Shown: positions 28,121-42,954 of the stretch, one piece after another
How positions within the stretch are numbered: position 1 is the first letter of the stretch
How the letters are laid out: each line of letters starts with the position of its first letter
From: Paraspadella gotoi
Taxonomy: Eukaryota; Animalia; Chaetognatha
Direction: 5' to 3'
DNA: 64,000 bases
NCBI GenBank assembly: GCA_051294375.1
Contig: CM119269.1
Location: 9,063,619 to 9,127,618 of the forward strand
Translations under genes and position numbers: made by a program
The notes under the pieces: generated by a model
Told to the model about the DNA's origin: nothing
Seen by the model: the letters and a program-made list of their open reading frames with translations, nothing else
The model's database searches: none

Positions 28121-29879
28121 CCAAAACACAATTCCACACCAGCCCCGTCCTTTTTCCCCAGCCCCATCCCTCTACGAAAGATCGAATCCCCGACCCAGCC
28201 CCGTATAATCTCTCCAACTACATCCCGATTCCCCAACACCATCCCTCTTCCCCAACCCAAAACCTCCGGCTCAGCCCCATCCAACCACAACGTCCCTATT
28301 CTTAAGCCTCAGCTCCATCATTGTACTGCAGCACTACTTCTATACCCCAGCCCAATCCCTTTAGCCAAGCCCCAGCCCCAACCCTCCACCACAGCCCAAT
28401 CACTTTAGCCCAGCCAAAACCCATTCCCACCACCCAAACCCAGGCCCAATTCGTCCACTCCTCCACCACTCCAGCCCCAAGCCACCACTCCAGCCAAATC
28501 CTCTACTCCAGCCCCATGATGGGCCGGCGAATGTGACGTCGATTCGTCACTGAATAAAAAATCCGGCGAAGATCGACGGCCGGCCGAGATCCGCCCATCC
28601 ATCCGGCAGCGGGTGCCGACGTCCCGGCGGATCTCTCTCTCTCTCTCTNNNNNNNNNNNNNNNNNNNNNNNNNNNNNNNNNNNNNNNNNNNNNNNNNNNN
28701 NNNNNNNNNNNNNNNNNNNNNNNNNNNNNNNNNNNNNNNNNNNNNNNNNNNNNNNNNNNNNNNNNNNNNNNNNNNNNNNNNNNNNNNNNNNNNNNNNNNN
28801 NNTCTCTCCCTCTCTCTCCGTCGGCCGGGGCGCGGCCGGAAATAGGGGCCGGCCTCCCGCCTTTTCAGATTCCCGGTGCGTAACGTCGAATCAAAAACCG
28901 GGGACGCAAGAGAGAGAGGGAGAGAGAGTGAGATCAGCCGGCCAATCGTGAGGCGAGATGCCTTCACGACGAAAGCTGATTTGATATCAAAATCTCCCGG
29001 CCGCGCCTGGAGGCAGCGCGCTGCCGCGAAAAGCTGCGGCTGAGGCAGCTGAGAAAAAGGAAAGCGGCGTCACTATCTCTCGTTCTTTTCATTTATCTTG
29101 ATTCCTCTTTTAACTCTCAGCAAACGACAAATCACGTTTCAAGATAATTTTAGCACGACTAATGTTTTTTACATTTTTTCACGAACCAAATGTGTTAGTT
29201 TGATGAATAAATTTATTTAAAATAATATAATCTTTATTTTAAAAATCGGTCAACCGTACCATTAACTCGATACATAAAAAATAAATAATTGACATGTATT
29301 ATGAAGTTATTTGTATAGTTCTTATGTTGTAAGATTGCTTATGTTTGGAACGTCTTTTTAACCAAACAACTGTGAGCAAGCTTTTTTGTTTTATTTGCGA
29401 AGCGTTTTGGTCTATTATGATAATAAACGTTTTATCTTGTGAAAAAAATAAGTTTAGTATTTTATTACACAATTATTATTTCATAAATATAGTAGTGTAT
29501 TTTAAAAAAAATTATATATTTGTAATCAGTTGTACCAAGGACAGTTGGTTGGCATTAATTACTATTTAAAAAAAAACATTTGTTCAAAAAAATGCAATAT
29601 TTTTTATGAATTTGTGTGAAAATTTATTTATGAATTAAAGAAATAAACAAATAATTTCTATTTATGCATCTGTATGTTATTGGTGATCAGTTAGCTATTA
29701 TTGAAATAATTTTTTTTTTAAAATTATTCATAAGATGAAAATACAATATTATAAAAAATTATATTGCTACTGTTATGCAAATGAGTTTTTAACAAAGCCT
29801 TATTTGATCATTTTTTTTACCATGTTTTTTAGGCACCCCCTCCGTTATATTCACCATTTAAAATATAAGTAGATTAACT

Positions 29880-31260
29880 ACCATATTTTTTTACAGTATG
29901 CAAATTAATTTTTGATCCAAAAAAATCGCGCTTATTCCACTATTTTTTTTTTTAAAAAGTTGGCCCTTAAACTCTATGGGGGAATAAACCACCCTCACGG
30001 GTTCTAACCCGTATTCGATTTCAGCTGATTTCCAGCATTTTTACAAAAAAAAAATTACAGCTCCCTGGACTTTTCCCAGGTTCTTTCAAACCGACTACTG
30101 TAATATATTGATATGTAATAACGGAAAGTGAATGTATTAATCTAATATATTTCTGAATTATATCAATCCTTCAAGCAGACTGACATCCAAGTATCCACGA
30201 AAATGTGGGCACATTCTAATGAAAAGTCAAAGTGTAAATCCGAATTATCAATAAAAAAAATTAATTTTGATATACCAATAAAACTTTTCACTGCCTTTTT
30301 TTAAACTTTTGATCTTTCAGGCCACAACCCATCGGTCCACATCCTTCCAATAATTAGGAAGCTCTCACAAGGGCATGTTGATATTGAAGTTCAGAAATTA
30401 TGGTTTTAAAATATTAAAATTTAAATCTTTCTCAACTAATTGAAGCCATTTTTGAAGAAAAATTTTTAATATTTATGCTTTTTTAACCACGAGTTTGGAT
30501 TCAAATTTTTTTTTTTTTGAAAAAATGCTTAAAACGGGCCTATCTTGAAAAAGTACATTGGTCAATCAAAATGAAATTGCATACACTGCTTTAGCCCATC
30601 ATCCTTTATGATGAATGCCATAACAAAATTAATGATAACTATTATTGGGCATAATTTTTTCTTTTTTAAAGAATTGTACAGGTTATCCTTTCCAGAGAAT
30701 GTGACTACAACTATTTTTTTTTTTTAAAAAACTGATTGCTCCAATTTTTTTACCAAAGAGTACCCTAGTTGGTGTCAACACTAAAATTTGATTGTGCGGG
30801 ATCCTTACTATTACACTGTAGCGCTCGTCACAACAACTCTTCTTCTATTACTGTGCAATGCCATCAATGCCAGTGGTTCATGCCCCATTCTCCAGCAGCA
30901 GTGTTGAGTACTAGTGTCGCGTTGTAGTACATCATGCAGCCCTCGACCAGCTCCTCGTTTACACTGCTCACCTACGAAGATGAAGGAGAGACTTGAAATT
31001 TTAATTTAGTTAAACTTTTGGTACATTTTTCTAAACTAATGAATTGAGGTGGACGTCCAAAAGCTCTCTCTAATACTTTTAGACACTGCAAGTGTGACTC
31101 TATTGATGTGAAAGGTGTGCTAACTTCTTTAAGCCAAGGTCGCGGGTCAGACGTAAGGGTAAGGTGTCCGTAGACCCACTAGGTTGGCAAATGGCGCCGG
31201 ATTCAGTGCAAACTCCTATTTATCTTTGAAGCCGTCCCCATCGTGTTAGATGTGTAAATT
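29880..31260. mobile_element. Possible non-autonomous transposon (MITE-like) remnant(s)
   Basis: Microsatellite-free AT-rich block with A/T homopolymer runs, unlike its flanks, and not recognisable in the noisy duplicate copy. I did not identify terminal inverted repeats, a target-site duplication or a transposase ORF. Confidence 0.25.
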
Positions 31261-31983
31261 AGGTAAATCAGAACAACTTTTAGATTTGACACAGCTACTC
31301 TCTCTCTCGTGCTCCAATGGCACTAACTAATAAAAAGTTCATCACATCTGCGACTACATAAAATATCACCAAATACACATTTCCATCGAGTGAGAGAGTT
31401 TGAGAAAACAAGAGAAAGAGCACGAAAGTCGATAAGAAAAAAAGATCGACCGACAAGCGAAAGGAAATTCGATTGACAGTCGGGGCGTAAGGCGCCGCCG
31501 CCGCCGCCGCCACCGCCGCCGCCGCCAGCACGCCACCCCCACCGCCCCAGAGCGCTACCCTTTCGTTAAATAAAAAACTATATACTTCTCCTCTCGCTCT
31601 CATCCATTATATCTTTGTGTTTCTGTATTAATGTCTTCGGTTGCCACGCCCTCTATTAGTGCACCCCCTCCCCGACCCCTCAAATCCCGTTTACCCTCCA
31701 GCTCAACCCCCCCCCAAAAAAAAAAACTCCCGCCCTCGGTTCTCCCCGTCTAATTGAAAGACGAAGGTTCTATATACGCGGCCTAAGCTCACGACTCATG
31801 AAACAGCTATAAGATGAAATCCCTTTAAGCCACCGCTGAGTCATCGTCTGGCTCGCGCGGTGCCCGATGTGTACGAGAGAGGAGAGAGAGAGAGAGCAAA
31901 ACCACACAGCGTGGGAGATCGAGAGAGAACCGAGGGCGAGAAGAGAGAACCCGAGAGAGAGAGAGATAGAGAGAGAGAGAAGA

Positions 31984-32025
<42 letters not shown>

Positions 32026-32675
32026 TGAGAAGGAGAAGAGAGAGATGAGAGAGAGAGGAGAGAGATGAGGAGAGAAGAGAAGAGACCCCGACGATCGCTC
32101 GGTTTCGGCGTCCGCTGGGGTCAACGGTCCTCTTAATTGAACCCGGTCTTTGATTCTAAGGAGAAACGATAGGACTACTATGGGAATTGCTTGGAGGGTA
32201 GGAAAGAGAGAGAAGAGGAGGGAAGGAACGAGAGAAGTAGACGAGAGTCGTGACAAAGTTGGGAAGGATCTGAGAGGAGCCAAAACTTATTTTTTTTTTC
32301 TGTCTCCAAGAGCAAAGTATTTTTTGTTATGGAGGGTGGTTAGTCGAGAGAAGGAGAGAGGGAACGAGAGAGAGGAGAGAGAGGAGAGAGGAGAGTAGGG
32401 AGAGAGGACGGGAAGAGAGACGGAGGAGATAGAGAGGAGAGGGAGAGAGAGAGAGAGATTATCGGATGATGCGAGGGTCAGAAACGACCTAAACATTCGC
32501 TCGTTAACATCCGAAAANNNNNNNNNNNNNNNNNNNNNNNNNCCGAAGATTTTCTATTTTTTTCTCTCAGTTGGGGAGAGGGAGGTGGGGAGAGCAAGTG
32601 CCATGAGTTAGGTGATAAGGCGAGGGTGAGCAAGGGCCAACAGGGAGAGGAGTCAAATCGGTGACGTCGCGATTA

Positions 32676-32825
32676 TATATACTTGATTGGCAGGGCGAAT
32701 GAGGAGTTAGGGAATTTTGCAGGGTGGTGCTTATAATTCGAGCCTCTGTGTATATACTTGATTGGCAGGGCGAATGAGGAGTTAGGGAATTTTGCAGGGT
32801 GGTGCTTATAATTCGAGCCTCTGTG
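32676..32825 (+). repeat. Perfect 75-bp tandem repeat, 2 copies
   Basis: tatatacttgattggcagggcgaatgaggagttagggaattttgcagggtggtgcttataattcgagcctctgtg occurs twice. The doubling is also visible in the noisy copy at ~19725-19890. Confidence 0.92.
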
Positions 32826-33967
32826 CGTCGGTGGTGGGCGAGCAGAAATGGGTGGGCGAGCGTTGGGCGCCATCTTGAAAGAACAAAGTCCCTCGCAACC
32901 GAGGAATAGGAAACCGACATTTCGACCGACAACTGAAAATTCTCGCCCAACGACTTTCCCGCCAAAAAAACTTCTCTTTATTATCATCACAACATAAACA
33001 AACAAACAGCCGGCGCTGCGCCACCACTGCTGCAGTTGCCGAAGCCGCTTTCTATCGGCACAAAAGTGGTCGGTCTTTTTGAGTGAGTACATTAATGAAA
33101 TTTATCTTAATCAAATGTAAATATAGTTGGAATCAACCATTGTTGGGTTGTTTAGCAAAATATTTTGGTGAGTTTGAGCATAAATTCAACGTAATCCAGC
33201 GGCTGGGTGAGGTAACACTTGAGCGGTAATTATCATGAGCGGCGGTAGCGTGGGATGTGGCGGCGGACGCCTCATTGAACTCTGTTAAGGGTTTCTCACC
33301 TCCAATCACAACGTGAACCATAAAATCTCCAAAATTAATTAGATATCAAAACGTTACGTTATTAATGTTATTAATTGATTTTATTTCAGAAATAATTAAT
33401 AAGAAAATAATAATAATGAATAAATAAATATATTTTTGCAAAAATTAACTAATTGTATATTTAATTTTGTATCCATATTCTATAACTAGCGCCTTATCAT
33501 TCACAGAGTAAAACTTCGCCTGAAAATAGAAACTTAAGATCTTCGTCACCGCAAAAACTCACACCACATTAGGATCCATTTATAATAACCGCGTCCTTTT
33601 CAAACTCCGTCTCTTCAACACCCCAAATCCCTCATTCCTCTGCCCCTCTTCCAAAACCCCACACGCGCCATTGAATTCCTGCCTCTTTTTAACTCGTTAG
33701 ACTAAAAAGCGCCGGAAAACGATCGAGAAAAAAAGAAGCCGATGGCCGGAAATCCGGTTTCCGGTTGTAAATCAAAAAAAGGCGCCTGGTGGCGAGACGC
33801 GACTGGCTGGTGAGGGGCGGCGCCGTCTTAAACCAGGAATGGCGTCGGTTGAAAAGGGTGACTCTGTAGCCCCAGTTTGGTTGAGGGAACAATCTCTAAA
33901 ACCTGGGCGGCGCGAGACGCGGGGTCTCTCTCACTTTATCTTTCGATCTCTCCCTATCTGAGAGAGA

Positions 33968-34068
<101 letters not shown>

Positions 34069-34448
34069 GAGGGTGAACATTTTTCCTCGTGAATCTTCGT
34101 TTGATCAACTCTCAACGATCTTACCTAGTAGAATTTTCGTTAATAATGTTTAAATAAAATTTAACAAATTTAAACGCAACTTTTAACGTAAATTCTTCGA
34201 GCTGCGATGGAGCTACAAGGTCGTCATCAAAAGGTGAAAGATCTTGATGACCCTCTCAGGTAAGTTCCTTTTCAGAGAACGTAAGAAAAATAAGATAAAA
34301 GAGAAAAAGAAAGAAAGAAAAAGAAAAAAGAGAAAGAAAAAAAAGAAGGAAAGATACGCGTTAAATGGAATTGTACTCACTCTCCCTCCGTTTCTCTCTC
34401 CCCCCTCCTTCTCTCNNNNNNNNNNNNNNNNNNNNNNNNNCGCATGTA

Positions 34449-36070
<1,622 letters not shown>

Positions 36071-36277
36071 TTTCAAAATAGCGCACCCCAGTTTTAAGAA
36101 GGAGAATTGAGAAAAGGAAGAAAAAAGGTTGAAAGGAAAAAGAAAAAAAATGAGAAGAAAAAAAAGTAAAATGAGTTTTATACTTGAGGGGATGGAGAAA
36201 AGGGAGGAGGGAAAAAGGAGGAGGGAGAAGGGAGGTGGGAGAAGGAAGAAGGGAGAAAGGAGGAAGGAGAAGGGAGC

Positions 36278-36336
36278 TTCCCTATCTGAGAGAGAGGGAG
36301 AGAGAGAGAGAGAGAGAGATGAGAGAGAGAGAGAGG

Positions 36337-36384
<48 letters not shown>

Positions 36385-36745
36385 GAGAGGGTGAACATTT
36401 TCCTCGATGATTTCGTTTGATCAACTCTCAACGATCATTACCTAGTAGAATTTTCGTTAATTAATGTAAATAAATTTTAACAAATTTTAACGCAACTTTT
36501 AACGTAAAATTCTTCGAGCTGCGATGGGAGCTACAGGTCTTTCATCAAAGGTGAAAGATCTTTATGCCCTCTCAGGTAAGTTCCTTTTCGAGACGTAGAA
36601 AAATAAGGGATAAAAAGAAAAAAGAAAAAGAAAAAAAAGAAGAAAAAAGAGAAAGAAAAAAAAAAAAAAGCGAAAGAATACGCGTTAAATGGAAATTGTA
36701 CTCACTCTCCCTCCGTTTTTCTCCTCCTCCTTCTCTCTCTCTCTC

Positions 36746-36815
<70 letters not shown>

Positions 36816-37790
36816 TCTTCTCTCTCTCTCTTCGTCTCTCTCGATTCCAATTCTTCGTCGAAAGTCTGACAGAACGTTCCGCTCGAGCGCCCAGAGTTAT
36901 GAGTTCTTCCCTCTTGTCTCATCTTTTTCTCAACATTCTTTTTCTTTTCGCCAATTTCAGTTGTATCGTCATCGTTCTTCAAAGAATGTTGTTATAGTCG
37001 TCTGGGTGCCGCCCAGCCACTCAATTACAGCGGCGGCGCTGGAGCGTCGGCTGCGTGCGGCTGGGGCAACACCGGGGGGGAAGTGAGGGGAAAGAGGCGA
37101 GAGAAGAAAAAAAGTGAAGGTTAAATCTACTATTTTGAGACGCTCCTTTTTGACTATTTGAATTAACTGGGGAAAATTGCCTTCGTCGCATGGTTTGGGT
37201 ACCATCTCGCGCCAACGAATAAATTTTTTTCTGATTGCAGGTGTTTGGTAGTTATTGAATTAAACAGCTGAAAAAAATTAAATAAGTACGAACCATCAAG
37301 CTCCAGTATAATCTCCCTAAACTCTTTAATACAACAATTTAAATATTTTTAAAGAATCTTCAAAACACCGTCCCCGACGTACCCCTTCCGAGCCTCTAAC
37401 AGCGCCGGCCGCCGCCGCCCGCCGCCGCCTCCGCCGCCGCGCCGACGCCGCCGCCGCCGCGCCGCCCGCCGCCGCCGCCGCCGCAGCTAGCCTCGAGATT
37501 CCTTCCTCGCGCTTCGTTGCTTTGGCGGACGAAGTTATCGTTACAACAATTGCGTTCGCGAAGAAAGAAATGGAAAGACGCCGCCGACGCCGCCCGACGC
37601 CGCGCGACCGCCTGCCGGTGAAGTTTATTTCAAATTAGCGCACCCCGTTTTTATAGAAGGAGAATTGGAAAAGGAGAAAAAAAGTTTTTGAAAGGAAAAA
37701 GAAAAAATGGAGAAGAAAAAATTAAAATGATGTTTTATAACTTGAGGGGGATGGAGAAAAGGGAGGAGGGAAAAAGGAGGAGGGGAGAAG
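36278..37790 (+). repeat. Direct duplication of 33950-34415 plus 35330-36270
   Basis: Shared ccctatctgagagag...gtgaacattttcctcg...tactcactctccctccg and cgattccaattcttcgtcgaaagtc...ggatggagaaaagggaggagg, with scattered small indels. Confidence 0.88.
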
Positions 37791-38116
37791 GGAGTGGGAG
37801 AAGAGAGGGAGAAGGAGGAAGGAGAAGGAGGAAGGAGGAAAGGAGAAGCGGAAAAATGGAAAAGGAGGGAGAAGGAAAGGAAGAAGGGAGAAAGAAGGGG
37901 GGTGAGGAGAAATAGGAAAGGAGAAGGAAAAGGGAAAGGGAGGAGAGGGAAGGAAGAAGGGAGAAAAGAAGGAGGGAGAGGGAGAGGAAGAAGGAAAAAG
38001 GAGATAAGAAGGGAGAAGGAAAGAAAAGAAAGGAAGAGGGAAAAGGAGAGGCGGGATGGGGAGAAATTGAAAAGTCGCGAGGTCTTACATTTAGAGAAAG
38101 CGTTTCTCTTCTCTCT

Positions 38117-38147
<31 letters not shown>

Positions 38148-39619
38148 TCCCTCTCCCTCTCTCTCTCTCTCTCTCCTCTCTCTCCTTCCCTCCTCTCTCT
38201 CTCTCTCTCTTCTCTCCCTCTCCTCTCCTCCTACCCNNNNNNNNNNNNNNNNNNNNNNNNNTCTCTCTCTCTCTCTCTTCCGAAGAATCGCACAATTGTT
38301 TGTGAGAGCGTTTTTCATTTTTTTTGGCTCAAGTAATGTTTTTTTTTCACGATCGCAATAAACCGTCTAAATTGTAGCTTCTCACAAGTGTTGACAAGAA
38401 AGACTTTTTGGAGATATATGTTGTCGGTAAGTAGAATCGTCTTCTGCGATACATGATACAAAGAAATGCGGCTGAAGCAATTACAAAAATTTCTCCAAAA
38501 TTAATAATTAGTCGTCGTTTTCAGTCGATATCTTTACAGAATCTTTACCAGAATTGTAGATTGACGGACAGACAGACAAACTGGACTATCTAATTAAATC
38601 TCTTTGCCTAACTCGTGAATCAAATTCGTAAAAAATTAATGATTATTAGGATGACACATTCTTTTGTATATGTATTACATTTACAAAAGTACAATAACAT
38701 AATATGCAAAAAATGATACTATTTGTCACAGTTATCGGTACAAGATGAGTGATTTATAACATGAGTAAGTTTTTTTTAAAAAAATGAAATATGAGGGAGT
38801 CTAATACTATTTTTAGGGAATAATTACATCTTGATGGTCGTAGGTACTAAGAGAAAGAGAGAGAGACGGGTTTGCAAAATGCGATTTAACAAAGTATGGA
38901 ATTAATAGAAATATGAAACAAGCCGTTTGAGTTGTATTGAAGTCAATTTTAACTTTAACCTCGGCCTAACATTTAAAATTTATTAACTTGATTGTCTTTT
39001 ATTAATATTTTTTTTTTAAATCTAAATTATTTGCCAAACTTTTTTTGTTTCGTATGCTGTTATAGTGACATTTACATAAAGTTACTAAAAAGCAACATGA
39101 TAAATCATGAAAGTAGACATAGATATAACTTTTTTTTAAAAGATGGAGAATCTCAGCTACAAAAATCAACAACATTATTAATCTCTACTGGAATATCAGT
39201 GGAACAAAGAGAAAGGGCAGGCTACAGTAAGTTCGTTAAGTAAAATCACCAATAAGTACTATCATCGAAAAAAAAAAACGGAATAGTCGTCAAGCCTAAG
39301 CTTAAAAAAAATAATCAAAAACTTGTCGTACGAGGAAATTCGGGCATCCGTTTTTTATAAAATAGATAAATTGATAATGATATTTAATTCCGAAAAGAAA
39401 GTCTCACGGACGAACCCCTTTACGCGGCATCGAATTGCAAGAACAATGCGTTGCAGCATCTCTTTTGAGCATTTGCATTGCAGCATTGCAGCATTGCATC
39501 GCTATGGTATAAAAGGAACACGTAAAAACGAGGTTGGACACTGGTTGATATAGAAAATTAAAGGGGAAAGGGGAGGGAAGGAAGAGAAGAGAGAGACAAG
39601 AGAGAGAGAGAGAGAGAGA

Positions 39620-39669
<50 letters not shown>

Positions 39670-39792
39670 ACTTATTATCAATGACTAATTTGATAAAAAG
39701 GTTTGTCATGTGTTACGCTATACTTTAAATCAAATCGCGGAAGAGAAGGGGGAAAAATAATATTTAGCTATTTGCGCTGGATACGCGATATT

Positions 39793-39798
39793 TTTATT
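39793..39798 (-). promoter_or_regulatory. Candidate proximal polyadenylation signal AATAAA
   Basis: TTTATT on the plus strand about 80 nt downstream of the retn stop. The AT-rich context makes a chance occurrence likely. Confidence 0.25.
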
Positions 39799-39877
39799 AT
39801 TTCTACATTTCGCGAAAAAAAAATTTAAAACACTTTCTTACAAAAAAATTTTTTCAAAAAAAAAAGAGTTTTTTAAT

Positions 39878-40248
39878 CTACGCGGACTCAATCATGGAAG
39901 ACGGCACCAGCGGATCGCCAATCCCGCCAAAGGAACATTTTTTGCCCGACAAAGACGACAACGGCGACGGGGGCGTCATTGGGTGACTGGCCGACGACGC
40001 CGCGGCTGTCGGCAGAGACGGAACGGCGCCGCCCAAGTGATTACCGACCGGTGTGTCGCCGCCGCCCGGCGAAGCGTTCAAGTTCGAGGGCGGTCCGCCG
40101 GGCAGGAGACCCAAGGGATGCAGGGCGGGCGGGGCGCGAGCGGGCAGCGGCGGAGAGGGCGTCTGAGCGAAGAGGACGCCTTGGTACATGATCCCGTTGA
40201 TCTCCATGGAAACGACAAGGGAAGAATCGAATTTGGAGCTTCCGTCGT
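39878..40248 (-). CDS. retn: retn/ARID3 last coding exon, REKLES-beta (DGSSKFDSSLVVSMEINGIMYQGVLFAQ) plus Pro/Ser tail and TAG stop
   Basis: Acceptor ctctcAG at 40249-40250, phase 1 entry. The SMEINGIMYQGVLFA motif is typical of the ARID3 REKLES domain. Stop at 39878-39880. Confidence 0.94.
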
Positions 40249-42913
40249 CTGAGAGGAAATGATGATTGATTTATGGTTAATTAATTAGCGAAATAATTGG
40301 TTTTATCACAAATTAATGAGCCTTTTTAAGCAATTTTATTTTTTGATACAGTTAATTTGGACAAAGACAAAAATAATTTTTTCTGTACACAGAATAAATT
40401 GGACACGAAAATTGAAAAACAAAAAACTGGTTACACATTTTTATTAACCCTCCCCTTTCTCGATCTTTTTCTTCGTCATTTGCGAGTGATTCAGTCTGAC
40501 GTCAGAACCCTCACCTTTCCTGTTTCTCCGATCCTTACCCTCTCATCCCTTACCCCCCTCAACCACTACCCCCTTCAAAGAAACTCACTTCTGCTGGTGA
40601 CTTTAAGATGAGTCGAAGGAATTCCCGCAGTGAGAAGTCTCTCCGCGTCGAGGAATGACGACTCGTGCTTCACTGGACCAAAGGGCGGAGGACCGAACTG
40701 CATCTTCTTGCTTGGAGGAGAGAGACCAGACAATCCGGAGGCGGCGGCCGCAGCGGCTTCTAGCTGTCTCTTGGATGCCTGAAGGTAAGGGGAAGAGGTG
40801 AGGAAGAACGAAAGGAATGGGGGAAAAAGATGTAAGAGAGAATGGTTCTTGTTCTCCAATCCCCAATCCTCATTCCCACCGCTAATCCCCAATCTCCAAT
40901 TCCCGCCCCCAATCCCCAATCCCTAATTTTCGATCCCTAATCCCCACCTGTTCCATGACTCTCGCCGTCGCTTCCTCTATCGCTCTCGTCGCCTCCATTC
41001 TCTCGGAATCTCTTCTCTGTCTATGATGATCGTGATGCGACTCTCTCTCGCGGTGGGCGTGGCCGGACCCCGCTCCGCCGCCGTCGCGATGCAGCTGCAG
41101 AGAGTCCGAGCGCTGCTGCTGCAGCTGTTGAAGGTGCTGTAGCTGCTGCGCCGGGTCGGAGGCTGGCGGAAGGCGCGGCGCTCCGGCCGAGGATTCTCTG
41201 TCGCCGCTGAGGTCGCGTCCGGCGCCGGAAGAATCGCGAGGAGAATCGAGCGGCGCCGAGGAGCGGGCGCCGTTGTTGTTGTTGTTATTGCCGCTGCTTC
41301 CGCCGTTGTTGTTGCTGCTGTTGTTGTTGTTGTTGTTGCCTCCGGCTGGGTGATGGTGGGAAGAGGAAGAGGGCCCGTGGGCGGAGGAGGAAGAGGAGGC
41401 GGAATCTCGAATGGCCTGAAGCGGATGCTGTGACGTCATCGACGTCAATAGCGACGAACTCTTGGGACGATCGCCGTTGAGGGGGGAAGGGCTGTCGTCT
41501 TTAAGGAGGATGAGGAGGAGATGGGGTAAGGTTTGGATGGTAAAAGGTAAGTTAAATGAAAAAAACCGGAAAACAAAGAAATACAAAAAAACTATATACA
41601 AAGAACAAACAAAAAATTCGAACAAAATTTTAAAATTTCACAAAATTATTGAAATAAAATAAAAAAACAAACAAAAAAAAAAAAAACCGGGAAAAAAAAA
41701 ACTTACTGTGTCGGTTGGAATTGGGAAATTGCCGCAAGTGTTGCTCTTGCAGCATCTTCAGCTCCGTGGAGGACGGTCTGCCGGGACCGGCGCCGAGTCC
41801 GCCGGCTGCCGCCGCCGCCGCCGCCCCCTGCCAAAAGTCGAGCAGCTTGAGAGGGTTGGCGGCAGCCTGCCGCCGCCGCCGCCGCGCAGGCCGCATCGGC
41901 CGCGGCCGCGGCGTCGCCGTGCTGCCGCAGCGAGGAAGGGCTGAGGTGATTGGGCAGGCTGGGCCGCAGCAGGGGCATTCCGTTGGCGTGGCGCCGGAAC
42001 GGGAGACGGCGGCGACATAGCCCGGGAAGTGGGGCGGGGGTCCCGGCGGGCCGTGATGTGGATGGTGGTGGGGGAGGGTGGTGACCGTTGGCGAGTCGCG
42101 CGGTGGCGGCGGCGATTTGGTGCGCCTGAAGAGTAGGGCGAGGGTGGATGGATTGATTAATTGATTGATGGGATAATTCATTGATTGGTTCATTGATAAA
42201 TTGAATTAATACATTGATTCTTCTATTGATTGATCGATTCCATTGGTTTTGCCATCGACCTTACCTGATTGAGCGCCTGGGCCGACAATGGAAACGGCTG
42301 GCTGACCGGCAGTCCTGGGTGCACAGGCGGGCCGGGCGAGAGGTCGTAGGAGGCGTAAGAGGACCGCCTGCCCTCCCGCCTGTTGCCGTCGATTGCGGAC
42401 TGAAGTTCGATCGGGTTAGACAGGCGCATCTTCTCGCATTCGTAGGGGTAGAGGTACTTCATGTATCTTTTTTTTGGGGGGGGGTGGAGATAAACAAATT
42501 TGTGAGAAGAAAAAAATGGAGGGGATAGGATGAATGGTCGGCGTTTTAACTCATCACACCTTTCATAGCCGGTCAAGATTTAAGTTTCGCTTTCGCTTTC
42601 AATTCTATTTTTTATATGAATTCGCTTTAAACTTTCCTTTGTGCTCAGATCTGCTCGAGGCTCTCACGCATCTCACAGACACGCACACGCGAATTGTGTC
42701 ACTCACTGCGTGCGGAGCGTGAAGGCGGCTGAAGTGATAGACGAAGGGAGATTGAGTCCCTTTGTGATTTCCCGCCACAACTTTTTATTGATGACTTCAA
42801 CTAGTCCGCCTTTGCTGACAACCAGGCGGTAGAGTTCGTAGAGATCCAGCACCTGCTTCGCCATGATCGGGATTCTGTTCACGGGCGTGCCTGGTAATGA
42901 GGGTTGGTGGTTG

Positions 42914-42954
<41 letters not shown>

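Noticed and set aside
27957-28536. Pro/Ser/Thr-rich mucin-like ORFs
   Set aside because: Interrupted by stops, no convincing splice signals, and explained by C-rich low complexity and a 9-bp repeat.
32676-32825. Direct repeats as a possible CRISPR array
   Set aside because: Adjacent 75-bp copies with no spacers, no cas genes, and a eukaryotic context.
41708-42020. Plus-strand ORFs overlapping the retn exon
   Set aside because: Antisense shadows of a GC-rich coding exon.
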